Of a stretch of DNA of 64,000 nucleotides, positions 52,145 through 60,263 are shown piece after piece (within the stretch, counting starts at the first letter, position 1; the number at the start of each line of letters is the position of its first letter). The position numbers and the translations under genes are program-made. The notes beneath the pieces are model-generated. The model had not been told where the DNA came from, did not search any database, and saw nothing but the letters and a program-made list of their open reading frames with translations. This DNA is from Candidatus Nealsonbacteria bacterium (lineage in GTDB: Bacteria > Patescibacteriota > Minisyncoccia > Minisyncoccales > UBA6532), in contig JACPLN010000008.1 of the NCBI GenBank assembly GCA_016186485.1, positions 8,673 to 72,672 of the forward strand. The letters run 5' to 3'.

Positions 52145-52390
52145 CTAATTTTTGCCTAAAATTCTTTTAATAAATCTTCTTCCCGCCGCAGATTTAAAAT
52201 ATTTTTCTCTTTTTCTTGCCTCAAGAATATTCAGGAATTCTTCTTTATATATTAACATCCATGGTTTGTATTTTTTAGAAAATTCTGTCTTTCCCGATTT
52301 GTGCTCTTTCATTCTTCTTGCTATATCAGTAGTACTCCCTACGTAAGTTTTTGGATATTCTATACTTTTTAGAATATAAACATAATTCAT
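52145..52390 (-). CDS. Small GIY-YIG nuclease family protein (81 aa)
   Basis: MNYVYILKS...KTYVGSTTDIARRMKEHKSG...YKEEF...EARKREKYFK carries the GIY/YIG, R and E motifs. The start is trimmed to 52390 because the upstream 20 codons translate the tRNA fragment and hairpin. The stop lies 4 nt from the tRNA-Asn 5' end. Confidence 0.75.
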   Translation of the reverse strand: MNYVYILKSIEYPKTYVGSTTDIARRMKEHKSGKTEFSKKYKPWMLIYKEEFLNILEARKREKYFKSAAGRRFIKRILGKN

Positions 52391-52396
52391 AAAAGA

Positions 52397-52464
52397 CCCC
52401 GCGCTACCCGCCTCGACTCGCTGAAGCGAGCCTTCGGCGAGGCGGGCCATTGCGCCACCGCGGA
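52397..52464 (-). pseudogene. Duplicated tRNA-Asn 5' fragment (nt 1-27) interrupted in the D loop by a 40-nt GC-rich palindrome
   Basis: 52447-52466 is identical to 52123-52142 (CCATTGCGCCACCGCGGAAT). 52398-52408 is identical to 52114-52124 (CCCGCGCTACC). The insert at 52407-52446 is CCCGCCTCG...CGAGGCGGG. Confidence 0.75.
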
Positions 52465-52497
52465 ATGTATCTTATTTTACAAATTTTTAATGAAAAA

Positions 52498-53685
52498 TCA
52501 ATACCCCTTGAGCTTCTTTAGGCCGCGGTGATCCCTGATTCTGTCTAGGGCCTTGGCTTCAATTTGGCGGATTCTTTCTCTGGTCACCCCGAAAACTTGG
52601 CCCACCTCTTCCAGGGTATGGGTAATTCCGTCTTCTAGGCCAAAACGCATTGAAAGAATCTTCTGCTCTTTTGGAGTTAAGTCAAAGAGAATTTCCTTTA
52701 GTCTCCCCCTCAAAAGAGATCTTGCCGCATCAAGAGATGGAGCGGTAATTTTTTCATCCGCTATAAACTCGGCTAAAACGCTGTCTTCTTTATCCTCGCC
52801 AACCGGGGTTTCCAAAGAAACGGTTTCCTGGGAAATCTGCATAATGTGCCTAACCTTTTCTACGTCAAGCTCCATTTCTGACGCTATTTCTTCCGGAAGG
52901 GGTTCCCTGCCTAAATCCTGCAGAAGTCTTCTCCGAACCTGAGTGTATTTTGAAATTGTTTCTACCATGTGCACGGGAATCCTAATCGTTCTTGCCTGAT
53001 CTGCCAGGGCTCTGGTTATAGCTTGCCTTATCCACCAAGTGGCATAAGTAGAAAACTTATATCCCCTCCTCCAATCAAACTTTTCCACCGCCCTGAATAA
53101 TCCCAGGTTTCCTTCCTGTATTAAATCCAACAAGGTCAAATTGGGAGACCTGCCGACGTATTTCTTAGCGATAGAAACAACAAGCCTTAGGTTTGCCTGA
53201 GCAAGCTTCTTTTTCGCTTCTTCGTCGCCTTTCTCTATTTTTTTTGCAAGCTCTTTTTCTTGATCTGCGGTCAAAAATGCGGTTTTGCCGATTTCTTTCA
53301 AATACATCTGAACTGGATCCGGATGCGCTTCTGCCGGGACTTCCAAATAACGCGATGTTTCTCCAGGCTTTTTTTCAGGAGTCCCCAGAAGCTCTACCGA
53401 TTCTTTTACTTCTATCCCCCGCTTTTCCAATTCCTGATAAAGCGAGTCAAGCCCCCTGACATCGTTTTCAATATTTGGGAAAAAATAAAGAATTTCTGAA
53501 TAGGTGACAAACCCGCGAGATTCCCCTTTTTTAATCAAAGACTCTATATCGTCCAAAGAGAAAACTGGGCCCTTGCCTCGCCTGGGCCTTATCTTCTTTG
53601 CTCTTTTGGAAAACCTCCTTTTTCTAATGGGATTTGTCTTCCCTTTTTTTCTAATTTTTAGCTTCTTTTTCTTCTTTTTTGGCAT
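52498..53685 (-). CDS. rpoD: RNA polymerase primary sigma factor
   Basis: Region 2 ([13 protein letters not shown]), region 3, and region 4 ([24 protein letters not shown]). K/R-rich N-terminal tail. Confidence 0.95.
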   Translation of the reverse strand: MPKKKKKKLKIRKKGKTNPIRKRRFSKRAKKIRPRRGKGPVFSLDDIESLIKKGESRGFVTYSEILYFFPNIENDVRGLDSLYQELEKRGIEVKESVELLGTPEKKPGETSRYLEVPAEAHPDPVQMYLKEIGKTAFLTADQEKELAKKIEKGDEEAKKKLAQANLRLVVSIAKKYVGRSPNLTLLDLIQEGNLGLFRAVEKFDWRRGYKFSTYATWWIRQAITRALADQARTIRIPVHMVETISKYTQVRRRLLQDLGREPLPEEIASEMELDVEKVRHIMQISQETVSLETPVGEDKEDSVLAEFIADEKITAPSLDAARSLLRGRLKEILFDLTPKEQKILSMRFGLEDGITHTLEEVGQVFGVTRERIRQIEAKALDRIRDHRGLKKLKGY

Positions 53686-53706
53686 AATTAATTACTGTTT
53701 AGGAAG

Positions 53707-55461
53707 TCAAACTTCCCTTAATTGCAAAGAGATTTTTTGAAACTGCTCAATAAGATTGCTGACTTTGTCTTTGTCTTTTTCTTCTTCGGCTTTTTTAATA
53801 GCCTTGGCAACGTCGTCCATGGCGCTCTTTATCCCCAAAGACCTTATTTCTTTCAGAGAAGTTTGAATTTCCTCTGCGGGATCCGCATCGCTCAATTCTT
53901 CGGTTTCCGCTTTAAAGCACAAAAGACTTAGGGAGTCCTGCAAATGAGGAGGCAGGCCCGCCAGCTCCGCCTCGGGGCCATGACGCAGATGATCCAAAAT
54001 TTCCCTGGTTTTGGGGGAAAGGAAACTCAAATGTTCTTCTTGAATAAGGGAAGAACTTTCCGGAAACCTTATTATCAAAGAAATCAGGCTTTCTTCCAGC
54101 AATTCCTTTCTGGTTTTTTGGGCAATGTTTTGGGTGCCGATTTTCTCTTCAAATGCCTGGGAAAAATACTGGTTATTTTCGTCTTTTACTTTTTTAAGCT
54201 CTTCTTCTACGTCTTCGTCCCTGACTCCCAGTTTTCTAGCCAAGCTTTGAATCCAGGAAAATCTTTCAATTTGGTTGGGTATCCTTTTAATAATCGGCAG
54301 AAGGATTTGAGCAATATTCTTTTTTTCTTCAGGGACCTTGGGATTAAAGCGGGAAAAAGTGTTTTCAAAATAGAATTCCAGGATGGAACAAGAAGAGTCA
54401 ACCAAGACGCCCCATTTTTGAGGGTCTGCGGAAACAACGTCTGCCGGGTCTTTAGCTTGAGGCATGGTTATAACCCTGATATTAAAACCCGCCGCTTGGG
54501 CCAAATCTATTCCTCTTTTAGTTGCGGTGTTGCCCGCAACATCCATATCAAAAGCGGTAAAAAGATTATTCGTGTACCTGCTTAATATTTTCAACTGATT
54601 GCCTGTGAGAGCGGTTCCGGAAGTCGCCACCACGTTTGAAGAACCGGCCTGGGAAACCATTATTGCGTCAACATAACCCTCAACCAAAATTACAAAGTCC
54701 TTTTTCCTAATATCAACCTTTGCCTTGTCTAACCCGTAAAGAATCCTGCCTTTATCGTATAAAATAGCGGCCGGAGTATTGACGTACTTGGCTATTTCCT
54801 TGTTTGCCCTCTCTCCGAAAACCCTGCCGCCGAATCCAACCACCTGAGAATTTAGGTCAAAAACCGGGAACATAATCCTTGCCCTGAATCTGTCATAATG
54901 CTTTCCGGATTCATTCTTTATGGCTAGCCCGGCCTTTTCCACCTCCTCCCCCTTATAACCCTGGCCGGCCAAAAAATCGGACAAAGAACTCCATTCTTCC
55001 GGGGAATAACCCAATCTCCACTTCTTCAAACTATCTTCAGAAATCTTCCTTGATAAAAGATACTCTTTTGCTTCCTGGCCCTTGCTTCCAAAATTAAGCT
55101 GTTTTTCAAAAAACCTGCAAGCCAGCTCATTTATTTCATAAAGCCTTTGGCGCTCCGTTTTCAGTTTCGGGTCTTCCCTTTTAAGCTCTATCCCGGCTTT
55201 TTTAGCAAGCATGGAAAGCGCGTCTCCAAACTCAACTCCTTCAATCTGCATCACAAATTTAAAGATATCTCCCCCTGTTTGGCATCCAAAACAATGCCAA
55301 ATCTGCCGGCTTGGCGAAACAAAAAAAGAAGGCTTTTTTTCTGAATGGAAAGGGCAAACTGCCCTGAAATTTATCCCGGCCTTCTGAAGCTTTATATAGG
55401 CGCCCACTAGATCCACTATATCAAGCCGATTTTTAATTTCTTCTATTGGTGAGGCAAGCAT
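53707..55461 (-). CDS. dnaG: DNA primase
   Basis: Zinc ribbon CPFHSEKKPSFFVSPSRQIWHCFGC and Toprim EGYVDAI...DMDVAG. Start at MLASPIEEIKNRLDIVD (55461). Confidence 0.9.
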   Translation of the reverse strand: MLASPIEEIKNRLDIVDLVGAYIKLQKAGINFRAVCPFHSEKKPSFFVSPSRQIWHCFGCQTGGDIFKFVMQIEGVEFGDALSMLAKKAGIELKREDPKLKTERQRLYEINELACRFFEKQLNFGSKGQEAKEYLLSRKISEDSLKKWRLGYSPEEWSSLSDFLAGQGYKGEEVEKAGLAIKNESGKHYDRFRARIMFPVFDLNSQVVGFGGRVFGERANKEIAKYVNTPAAILYDKGRILYGLDKAKVDIRKKDFVILVEGYVDAIMVSQAGSSNVVATSGTALTGNQLKILSRYTNNLFTAFDMDVAGNTATKRGIDLAQAAGFNIRVITMPQAKDPADVVSADPQKWGVLVDSSCSILEFYFENTFSRFNPKVPEEKKNIAQILLPIIKRIPNQIERFSWIQSLARKLGVRDEDVEEELKKVKDENNQYFSQAFEEKIGTQNIAQKTRKELLEESLISLIIRFPESSSLIQEEHLSFLSPKTREILDHLRHGPEAELAGLPPHLQDSLSLLCFKAETEELSDADPAEEIQTSLKEIRSLGIKSAMDDVAKAIKKAEEEKDKDKVSNLIEQFQKISLQLREV

Positions 55462-55528
55462 TAATTTTGATATAGAAAATTCTAATTCAAATATAGCAAA
55501 TTTAAAAAGCGGGGACAACCCCGCAAAT

Positions 55529-56335
55529 CTATTTTATTAAACACTTTTTGCAGACTCCGCACCGCAAGTTTTCGGATTGGCCGAAGAAATCCGGCGGACA
55601 AACCATCTGCCTTTGTTCTTTTGTCAGCGTCTGCCACCAATGAACATCCGTAGGACGAAGCAAATTCCTGCCGCGCAATTCATGAGAAGGAAAAATTACC
55701 GACCCTACAGGCAAATCGGGCGGCACCTCGCCCTCTACTGTAAGATAGCATAGCCTGAATCCGTATTTTTCGTGCGTCCTTTTGGCCTCCTTCCAGTTAT
55801 CTTTATCTGCGGACAGATTAACAACTAAATTGCTGACTCCAAGCAAGGGTTCAATGAACGGAAAAGAGCGGGTGTAAATCCAAAAGAAAACTTCCGGCGA
55901 AAGCATGCAAACGTGCCTGATAAACAAAGCGTATTCCAGAGAAAATATATCCCCGGAAACGTGCCACCTGAAGCCATCTTTGCAGCGCTCTTTTGCCCAT
56001 TTGGCAAAAGCGATTGCGGCGTATCTTGCGTATGCCGGATTGCAAACAATCCTGCGGATGGAAACGCTGTTTTGGCGGTATTTCTCGTGAACGCCGCTTT
56101 CCGCCTTTTCAAGCTTGTGGACATAGCATACGCTCATGCAGGTTTCCGTGGCATAAGGACAGTCTTTTACCTGGACGATTGAAAAAGCGTTTGCCTTTGG
56201 GTTTGAAAACGGACGCCCTTTCAGAGTAATTTTGCCGTTGCCGTCAAACCAGAAAGTAAATTCAGCGCCATCTGGCATTACCAGATCCATTTTTGCTAAA
56301 GCAAATTTTGTAGACACTTTTCCACCCAATTTCAA
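55529..56335 (-). CDS. Hypothetical Cys-rich protein, possibly GP88-like phage-associated family
   Basis: CPYATETCMSVCY and FRWHVSGDIFS motifs (family assignment from memory, unverified), with a C-terminal CGVCKKC. GC-richer. An alternative ATG lies at 56290. Confidence 0.45.
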   Translation of the reverse strand: MKLGGKVSTKFALAKMDLVMPDGAEFTFWFDGNGKITLKGRPFSNPKANAFSIVQVKDCPYATETCMSVCYVHKLEKAESGVHEKYRQNSVSIRRIVCNPAYARYAAIAFAKWAKERCKDGFRWHVSGDIFSLEYALFIRHVCMLSPEVFFWIYTRSFPFIEPLLGVSNLVVNLSADKDNWKEAKRTHEKYGFRLCYLTVEGEVPPDLPVGSVIFPSHELRGRNLLRPTDVHWWQTLTKEQRQMVCPPDFFGQSENLRCGVCKKCLIK

Positions 56336-56382
56336 GGAGCCAAACCAAGAGTATCACGGATTTATATACCGGTCAACCATTT

Positions 56383-56742
56383 TTATAAAATAATTTCTTT
56401 TGCTCTTTCAAAGTTCTTTTCTTCAACTAAGAGATAATTTGTTTCGTAGGTTGAAATATTGAAAACGCTGATTCCGTTTTCCGCCAACGGTTTTGTCAGA
56501 GAAGCGATTATCCCCACGGAATAGATATCGGCGACGCTTTCCAGCTTAAAAGCCCTCCAGTCTTTTTCAAATAAAACGCCGCCCGGAATCTTTTCTTGAG
56601 GATAAACAATGGACAGCTCCTGGCTAGTCCGGGTAATCGAGAAAAAATCTCCCTCCAGAGCCCAATCTGGAATCGGGCTGTTTTTGTCAAAATGGCAAAT
56701 GCCCAATTTTTCCGGCAATATTGAAAGTTTAATTTTCTCCAT
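56383..56742 (-). CDS. ACT-domain-like small protein
   Basis: 119 aa. GIIASLTKPLAENGISVFNISTYETNYLLV is a typical ACT_7-like C-terminus. Confidence 0.55.
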   Translation of the reverse strand: MEKIKLSILPEKLGICHFDKNSPIPDWALEGDFFSITRTSQELSIVYPQEKIPGGVLFEKDWRAFKLESVADIYSVGIIASLTKPLAENGISVFNISTYETNYLLVEEKNFERAKEIIL

Positions 56743-56794
56743 ATTATTTAATGGTTATTAATAAATTATTAATATCCAACGACTTTATTATATT

Positions 56795-57098
56795 CTATTG
56801 ATGTGGATGGGCAAGTTTTTCTTTGACGGCAAATTCTTTCTGAAAATTCTTTGAAATATATTCGGGCACAATTCCCAAATCTAAATACTTTTTTTGAATA
56901 TCTGGCGGCAAATACTTAAAATCACGAATGCGTCCTCGGCAACTTTTACTACCGCATTGGCAATCCATTCCCCAATCATCCTCATCCATTGTCGTAGAAT
57001 AATCAAAAGTTATTTCACCCCTTATCGAAATTCTTAGCAGTAAAAATTCCTTTAGCATTTTGGGTATTTTTAACTACGAGAATTTTTTCGCTTTCCAT
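56795..57098 (-). pseudogene. Degenerate SET-domain gene (internal deletion plus frameshift)
   Basis: Frame A from ATG 57098 gives MESEKILVVKNTQNAKGIFTAKNFDKG*, a SET N-terminus. Frame B gives GEITFDYSTT...CQCGSKSCRGRI, the SET C-terminus plus post-SET. The central NHSCxPN region is absent. Confidence 0.55.
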
Positions 57099-57157
57099 GT
57101 ATAATTCGCTACAATTATAAAAAACGACTCAAATTAGTGAGTCGCTTTATTTTCTTC

Positions 57158-57838
57158 TTATTTCTTTTTCTTCTTTTTAAGAACTATCTTGCCGTCTAGT
57201 ATGTCTTTTTTTAAAGTCGCGTCTTCTCGTTTTAGCATAATTTCTTGATGACCGACATGCGTGCCATTTTCGTCAACGACTTCGACGAGACGGGTGTAGT
57301 ATGGCGCATCGTAGCAGTCTCCGCTCTTCAAAATCTGTTCTGTTTCGTAGGCGGTGTTAACTCTCCTCTTATATTCGTCTTTAATATCCTCAAATACTCC
57401 GCTTACTCCAAGACCCAGCCCTCGCACCTCCTGAGAAGCATACGTTAACGCCTCAACTGTGGCAGCGTAAAGCCAGTATCGAAATTCTTGGGTCCATTCA
57501 CCATTTTCCACCTTTACCTGCGGAACTCTCTGAATAAATCTGGTAAACGCGTAGTTGAACTCTCCGAGATACGCGCCCTGGTAGCCGTACTTCTCGCCCA
57601 CTTCGTAAATTGCCAAAGCAAGATTAGATTCAGAACTATCTTTAATTTCCTTGGACCCCGATAAACGATCTGCTAATGAATGCGCAACATCAAGAAAAAT
57701 AGATTTGTATACCTCAATCAAAGACAGGTTATCGCTTATCCCTCCCGCCGCTTCTTCTGCTAAAACCTCTACGGCTTTATCAAGAACTTCCCTATCCGTT
57801 GACTTCCCATCAGTCTTTTTACTAGGAACGTATGGCAT
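57158..57838 (-). CDS. Hypothetical protein, 226 aa, GC-richer, poly-K tail
   Basis: Long ORF followed by the terminator AGCGACTCAC..GAGTCGTTTTTT (minus-strand sense). No confident family. Confidence 0.55.
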   Translation of the reverse strand: MPYVPSKKTDGKSTDREVLDKAVEVLAEEAAGGISDNLSLIEVYKSIFLDVAHSLADRLSGSKEIKDSSESNLALAIYEVGEKYGYQGAYLGEFNYAFTRFIQRVPQVKVENGEWTQEFRYWLYAATVEALTYASQEVRGLGLGVSGVFEDIKDEYKRRVNTAYETEQILKSGDCYDAPYYTRLVEVVDENGTHVGHQEIMLKREDATLKKDILDGKIVLKKKKKK

Positions 57839-57925
57839 TTATTTTTTCCCCCTTATAAAGGTATTATTGCACTTTTTGGGTGATTTTGCCAAAGCGAGTT
57901 TGAGGCACATGGGTCAAAAAGATTA

Positions 57926-58261
57926 TTAAATTTTCGTGATCTTTTTAATAATTGAACCTTCAAATAGTCGGAAGCACAATCTTTTTTCTTTCTTATATAG
58001 CCAAGGGGCACCGATAAGTTGATGACATTTTTTACATATTAGCTTTGGAATTTTCTTGAGAGAGAATTTTTCAAGTTCGGTGAGGCTTTCTGGGGCGAAA
58101 ATCCTATCTAGGTACATTCGTTTGAGTGGACCCGGCCCATCTTTTTGGTATAAAGCAACGAAGTTGCCACAATTCTCGCAGTTTATTTTCAGTAAACGCG
58201 AGTAACCTCCTCGCGATTTCCTGTACTTATCTTGTTTGAGTTTCCTCACTTTTCGAACCAT
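57926..58261 (-). CDS. Basic zinc-ribbon protein
   Basis: CENCGN...CKKCH, two CxxC pairs. 111 aa. Confidence 0.5.
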   Translation of the reverse strand: MVRKVRKLKQDKYRKSRGGYSRLLKINCENCGNFVALYQKDGPGPLKRMYLDRIFAPESLTELEKFSLKKIPKLICKKCHQLIGAPWLYKKEKRLCFRLFEGSIIKKITKI

Positions 58262-58383
58262 GTAAATCGCTTGATAAAAATAATGTAAACGTAATACATT
58301 GTGATGGCGAAACGTAATAATTTCTTTCAGAAATTAAACGTTTCAGCAGCGTTTAAATTTTTCTTGAAAAATTTATTAAGCTG

Positions 58384-58465
58384 CGGAGGGTGTGGGAGTC
58401 GAACCCACAAGTCCTTGCGGACGCTGGTTCTCCAAACCAGTGCCATACCATTAGGCGAACCCTCC
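58384..58465 (-). tRNA. tRNA-Ser (anticodon GGA)
   Basis: Acceptor GGAGGGT/ACCCTCC, anticodon stem CTGGT/ACCAG with loop TTGGAGA, long variable arm, T arm GTGGG-TTCGACT-CCCAC. Confidence 0.9.
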
Positions 58466-58501
58466 ATTATGTCCCTTTGATTCTATCGGATAAGCTGCCT
58501 T

Positions 58502-58951
58502 TCACACTACACGCACTCTATTATGATGGCCAAATAATTTTTGATCAATATACCAAATTTCAACTGGCTTAACAAGATAAAAGATGTGGTCAGAAGCAAA
58601 TTCATCTACCCACTTAAAACGTTTTTTATAAAGCGCGTAAACTGAGGGGTAATATTTTTTTGAAACTTTTGACGCCTTACCGGTTATTTGAAGTCCCTTT
58701 ATGGTGCCGTCAGCGTTTTTCCAATCATGGTTAATAACTACGGAGACAAAAGGATTTCTTTTTAGATGCTGACAATGCTTCGTATCTGGACGCGAATAAA
58801 AAATAAGGTTGAATTCCTTGTCAAATGCGTAAAACACCGTAGCTGCCCAGGGTTTATTATTCGCTGCGGTTCCCAGGGCCATTAAGCGATTTTTACCTAA
58901 GTACCGAAGAACCATCTTCTTTATAGTTTCTTTTTTAGAAATCTTTTTCAT
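58502..58951 (-). CDS. Pyridoxamine 5'-phosphate oxidase-like FMN-binding split-barrel protein
   Basis: LMALGTAANNKPWAATVFYAFDKEFNLIFYSRPDTKHCQHLKRNPFVSVVI. Start at MKKISKK (58951). The longer track ORF overlaps tRNA-Glu. Confidence 0.68.
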   Translation of the reverse strand: MKKISKKETIKKMVLRYLGKNRLMALGTAANNKPWAATVFYAFDKEFNLIFYSRPDTKHCQHLKRNPFVSVVINHDWKNADGTIKGLQITGKASKVSKKYYPSVYALYKKRFKWVDEFASDHIFYLVKPVEIWYIDQKLFGHHNRVRVV

Positions 58952-58971
58952 TAGTAGTTTCTTTTTTGTCT

Positions 58972-59046
58972 TGGTGGCCCCAACGGGAGTCGAACCCGTG
59001 TTTTGGCCTTGAAGGGGCCGCGTCCTAACCATTAGACGATGGGGCC
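58972..59046 (-). tRNA. tRNA-Glu (anticodon UUC), CCA encoded
   Basis: GGCCCCATCGTCTAATGGTTAGGAC... aligns with E. coli tRNA-Glu. The anticodon loop reads CCTTCAA, which by my hand numbering puts C rather than U at position 33. Confidence 0.82.
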
Positions 59047-59111
59047 GTTTAAGTTAGTAAATGATAGCTATTTTGATTGAAAAAGGCAACTTTTTAAGCT
59101 AAATTATACTT

Positions 59112-60257
59112 ATGAAGATTTTAGCCGTTGAAACGTCTTGCGACGAAACAGGAATTGCTATTTTAGACAACCTCAACATCTTAAGCAATGTTGTGGCTTC
59201 GCAAGTTAAGATACATCGGAAATACGGAGGAGTCTATCCTGCCCTGGCAAAAAGGGAACACCAGCGCAATCTTGTTCCTGTTTTGGGGCAATCTTTATCA
59301 GAGGCAAGATTGCTAAAATTAAAACTCAAAACTAAAAACTCAAAAGTAAAAGTCAAAAGTCAAAAGTTAAAGAAAATCTTGGAAAGGGAACCGGAATTGT
59401 ATGTACGCTTGGAAAACTTTTTAACAAAATACGAGAAGCCGGATGTCGATGTTATTGCCGTAACGGTAGGGCCAGGTTTGGAACCGTGCCTATGGGTGGG
59501 AGTGAACTTTGCCAGGGCCTTAGCTTACTTTTGGGATTTAAAAATAATTCCGGTGGACCACATGGAGGGGCACATTTACGCCAATTTTGTTGGCTCAAAT
59601 CCGAAAAATGTTTTTCCGGCAATGTGTTTAACCGTTTCCGGGGGACATACCCAATTGGTATTTATGAAAGGGCACGGAAAATTCAAAATTATAGGAGAAA
59701 CCAGGGATGACGCTGCCGGAGAGTGTTTTGATAAAACAGCCAGGATTTTGGGACTGGAATACCCGGGAGGACCCGCCGTCGCCGCTGCTGCGGCTCTGGC
59801 GGGCAAGCCTGCCATTACTATTAAGCTGCCGAGGCCTATGATAAACAGCAAAGATTACGATTTCAGCTTCTCTGGGCTAAAAACTGCCGTTCTGTATGAT
59901 TTTCAAAAAAGGCCGGGGAATGTGAAAAAATCAAAAAAGTATATTAGGGCAATGGCAGCCGAAATCCAGCAAGCGGCGATTGATGTTTTAATTAAAAAGA
60001 CAATTAAAGCGGCCAAAAACTATAAGGCAAAATCCGTTCTTTTGGGCGGAGGAGTCGCCGCAAACAAAGAGCTTAGAATGCAGCTGGCCAGGAAAATTAA
60101 GAAAGAAATACCAAACGCTAAATACCACATACCGAATGCCTTGCTTTGCACCGACAACGGCGCAATGATTGGAGCGGCAGGGTATTTCAGATCGCTGCAA
60201 AGAAAATTTGCGCCCTGGAAAAAGATTGAAGCCAATGCCAACTTAAGGTTAGAATAA
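59112..60257 (+). CDS. tsaD: tRNA N6-adenosine threonylcarbamoyltransferase
   Basis: MKILAVETSCDETGIAI, VGPGLEPCLWVG, HMEGHI and CTDNGAMIG. Contains a ~35-aa K-rich insert. Confidence 0.9.
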   Translation: MKILAVETSCDETGIAILDNLNILSNVVASQVKIHRKYGGVYPALAKREHQRNLVPVLGQSLSEARLLKLKLKTKNSKVKVKSQKLKKILEREPELYVRLENFLTKYEKPDVDVIAVTVGPGLEPCLWVGVNFARALAYFWDLKIIPVDHMEGHIYANFVGSNPKNVFPAMCLTVSGGHTQLVFMKGHGKFKIIGETRDDAAGECFDKTARILGLEYPGGPAVAAAAALAGKPAITIKLPRPMINSKDYDFSFSGLKTAVLYDFQKRPGNVKKSKKYIRAMAAEIQQAAIDVLIKKTIKAAKNYKAKSVLLGGGVAANKELRMQLARKIKKEIPNAKYHIPNALLCTDNGAMIGAAGYFRSLQRKFAPWKKIEANANLRLE

Positions 60258-60263
60258 GATTGT

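Noticed and set aside
52391-52450. N-terminal 20 codons (MARLAEGSLQRVEAGSAGSF) of track ORF 52145-52450
   Set aside because: This is the translation of the tRNA-Asn fragment and the GC-rich palindrome. The GIY motif starts right after the internal ATG at 52390.
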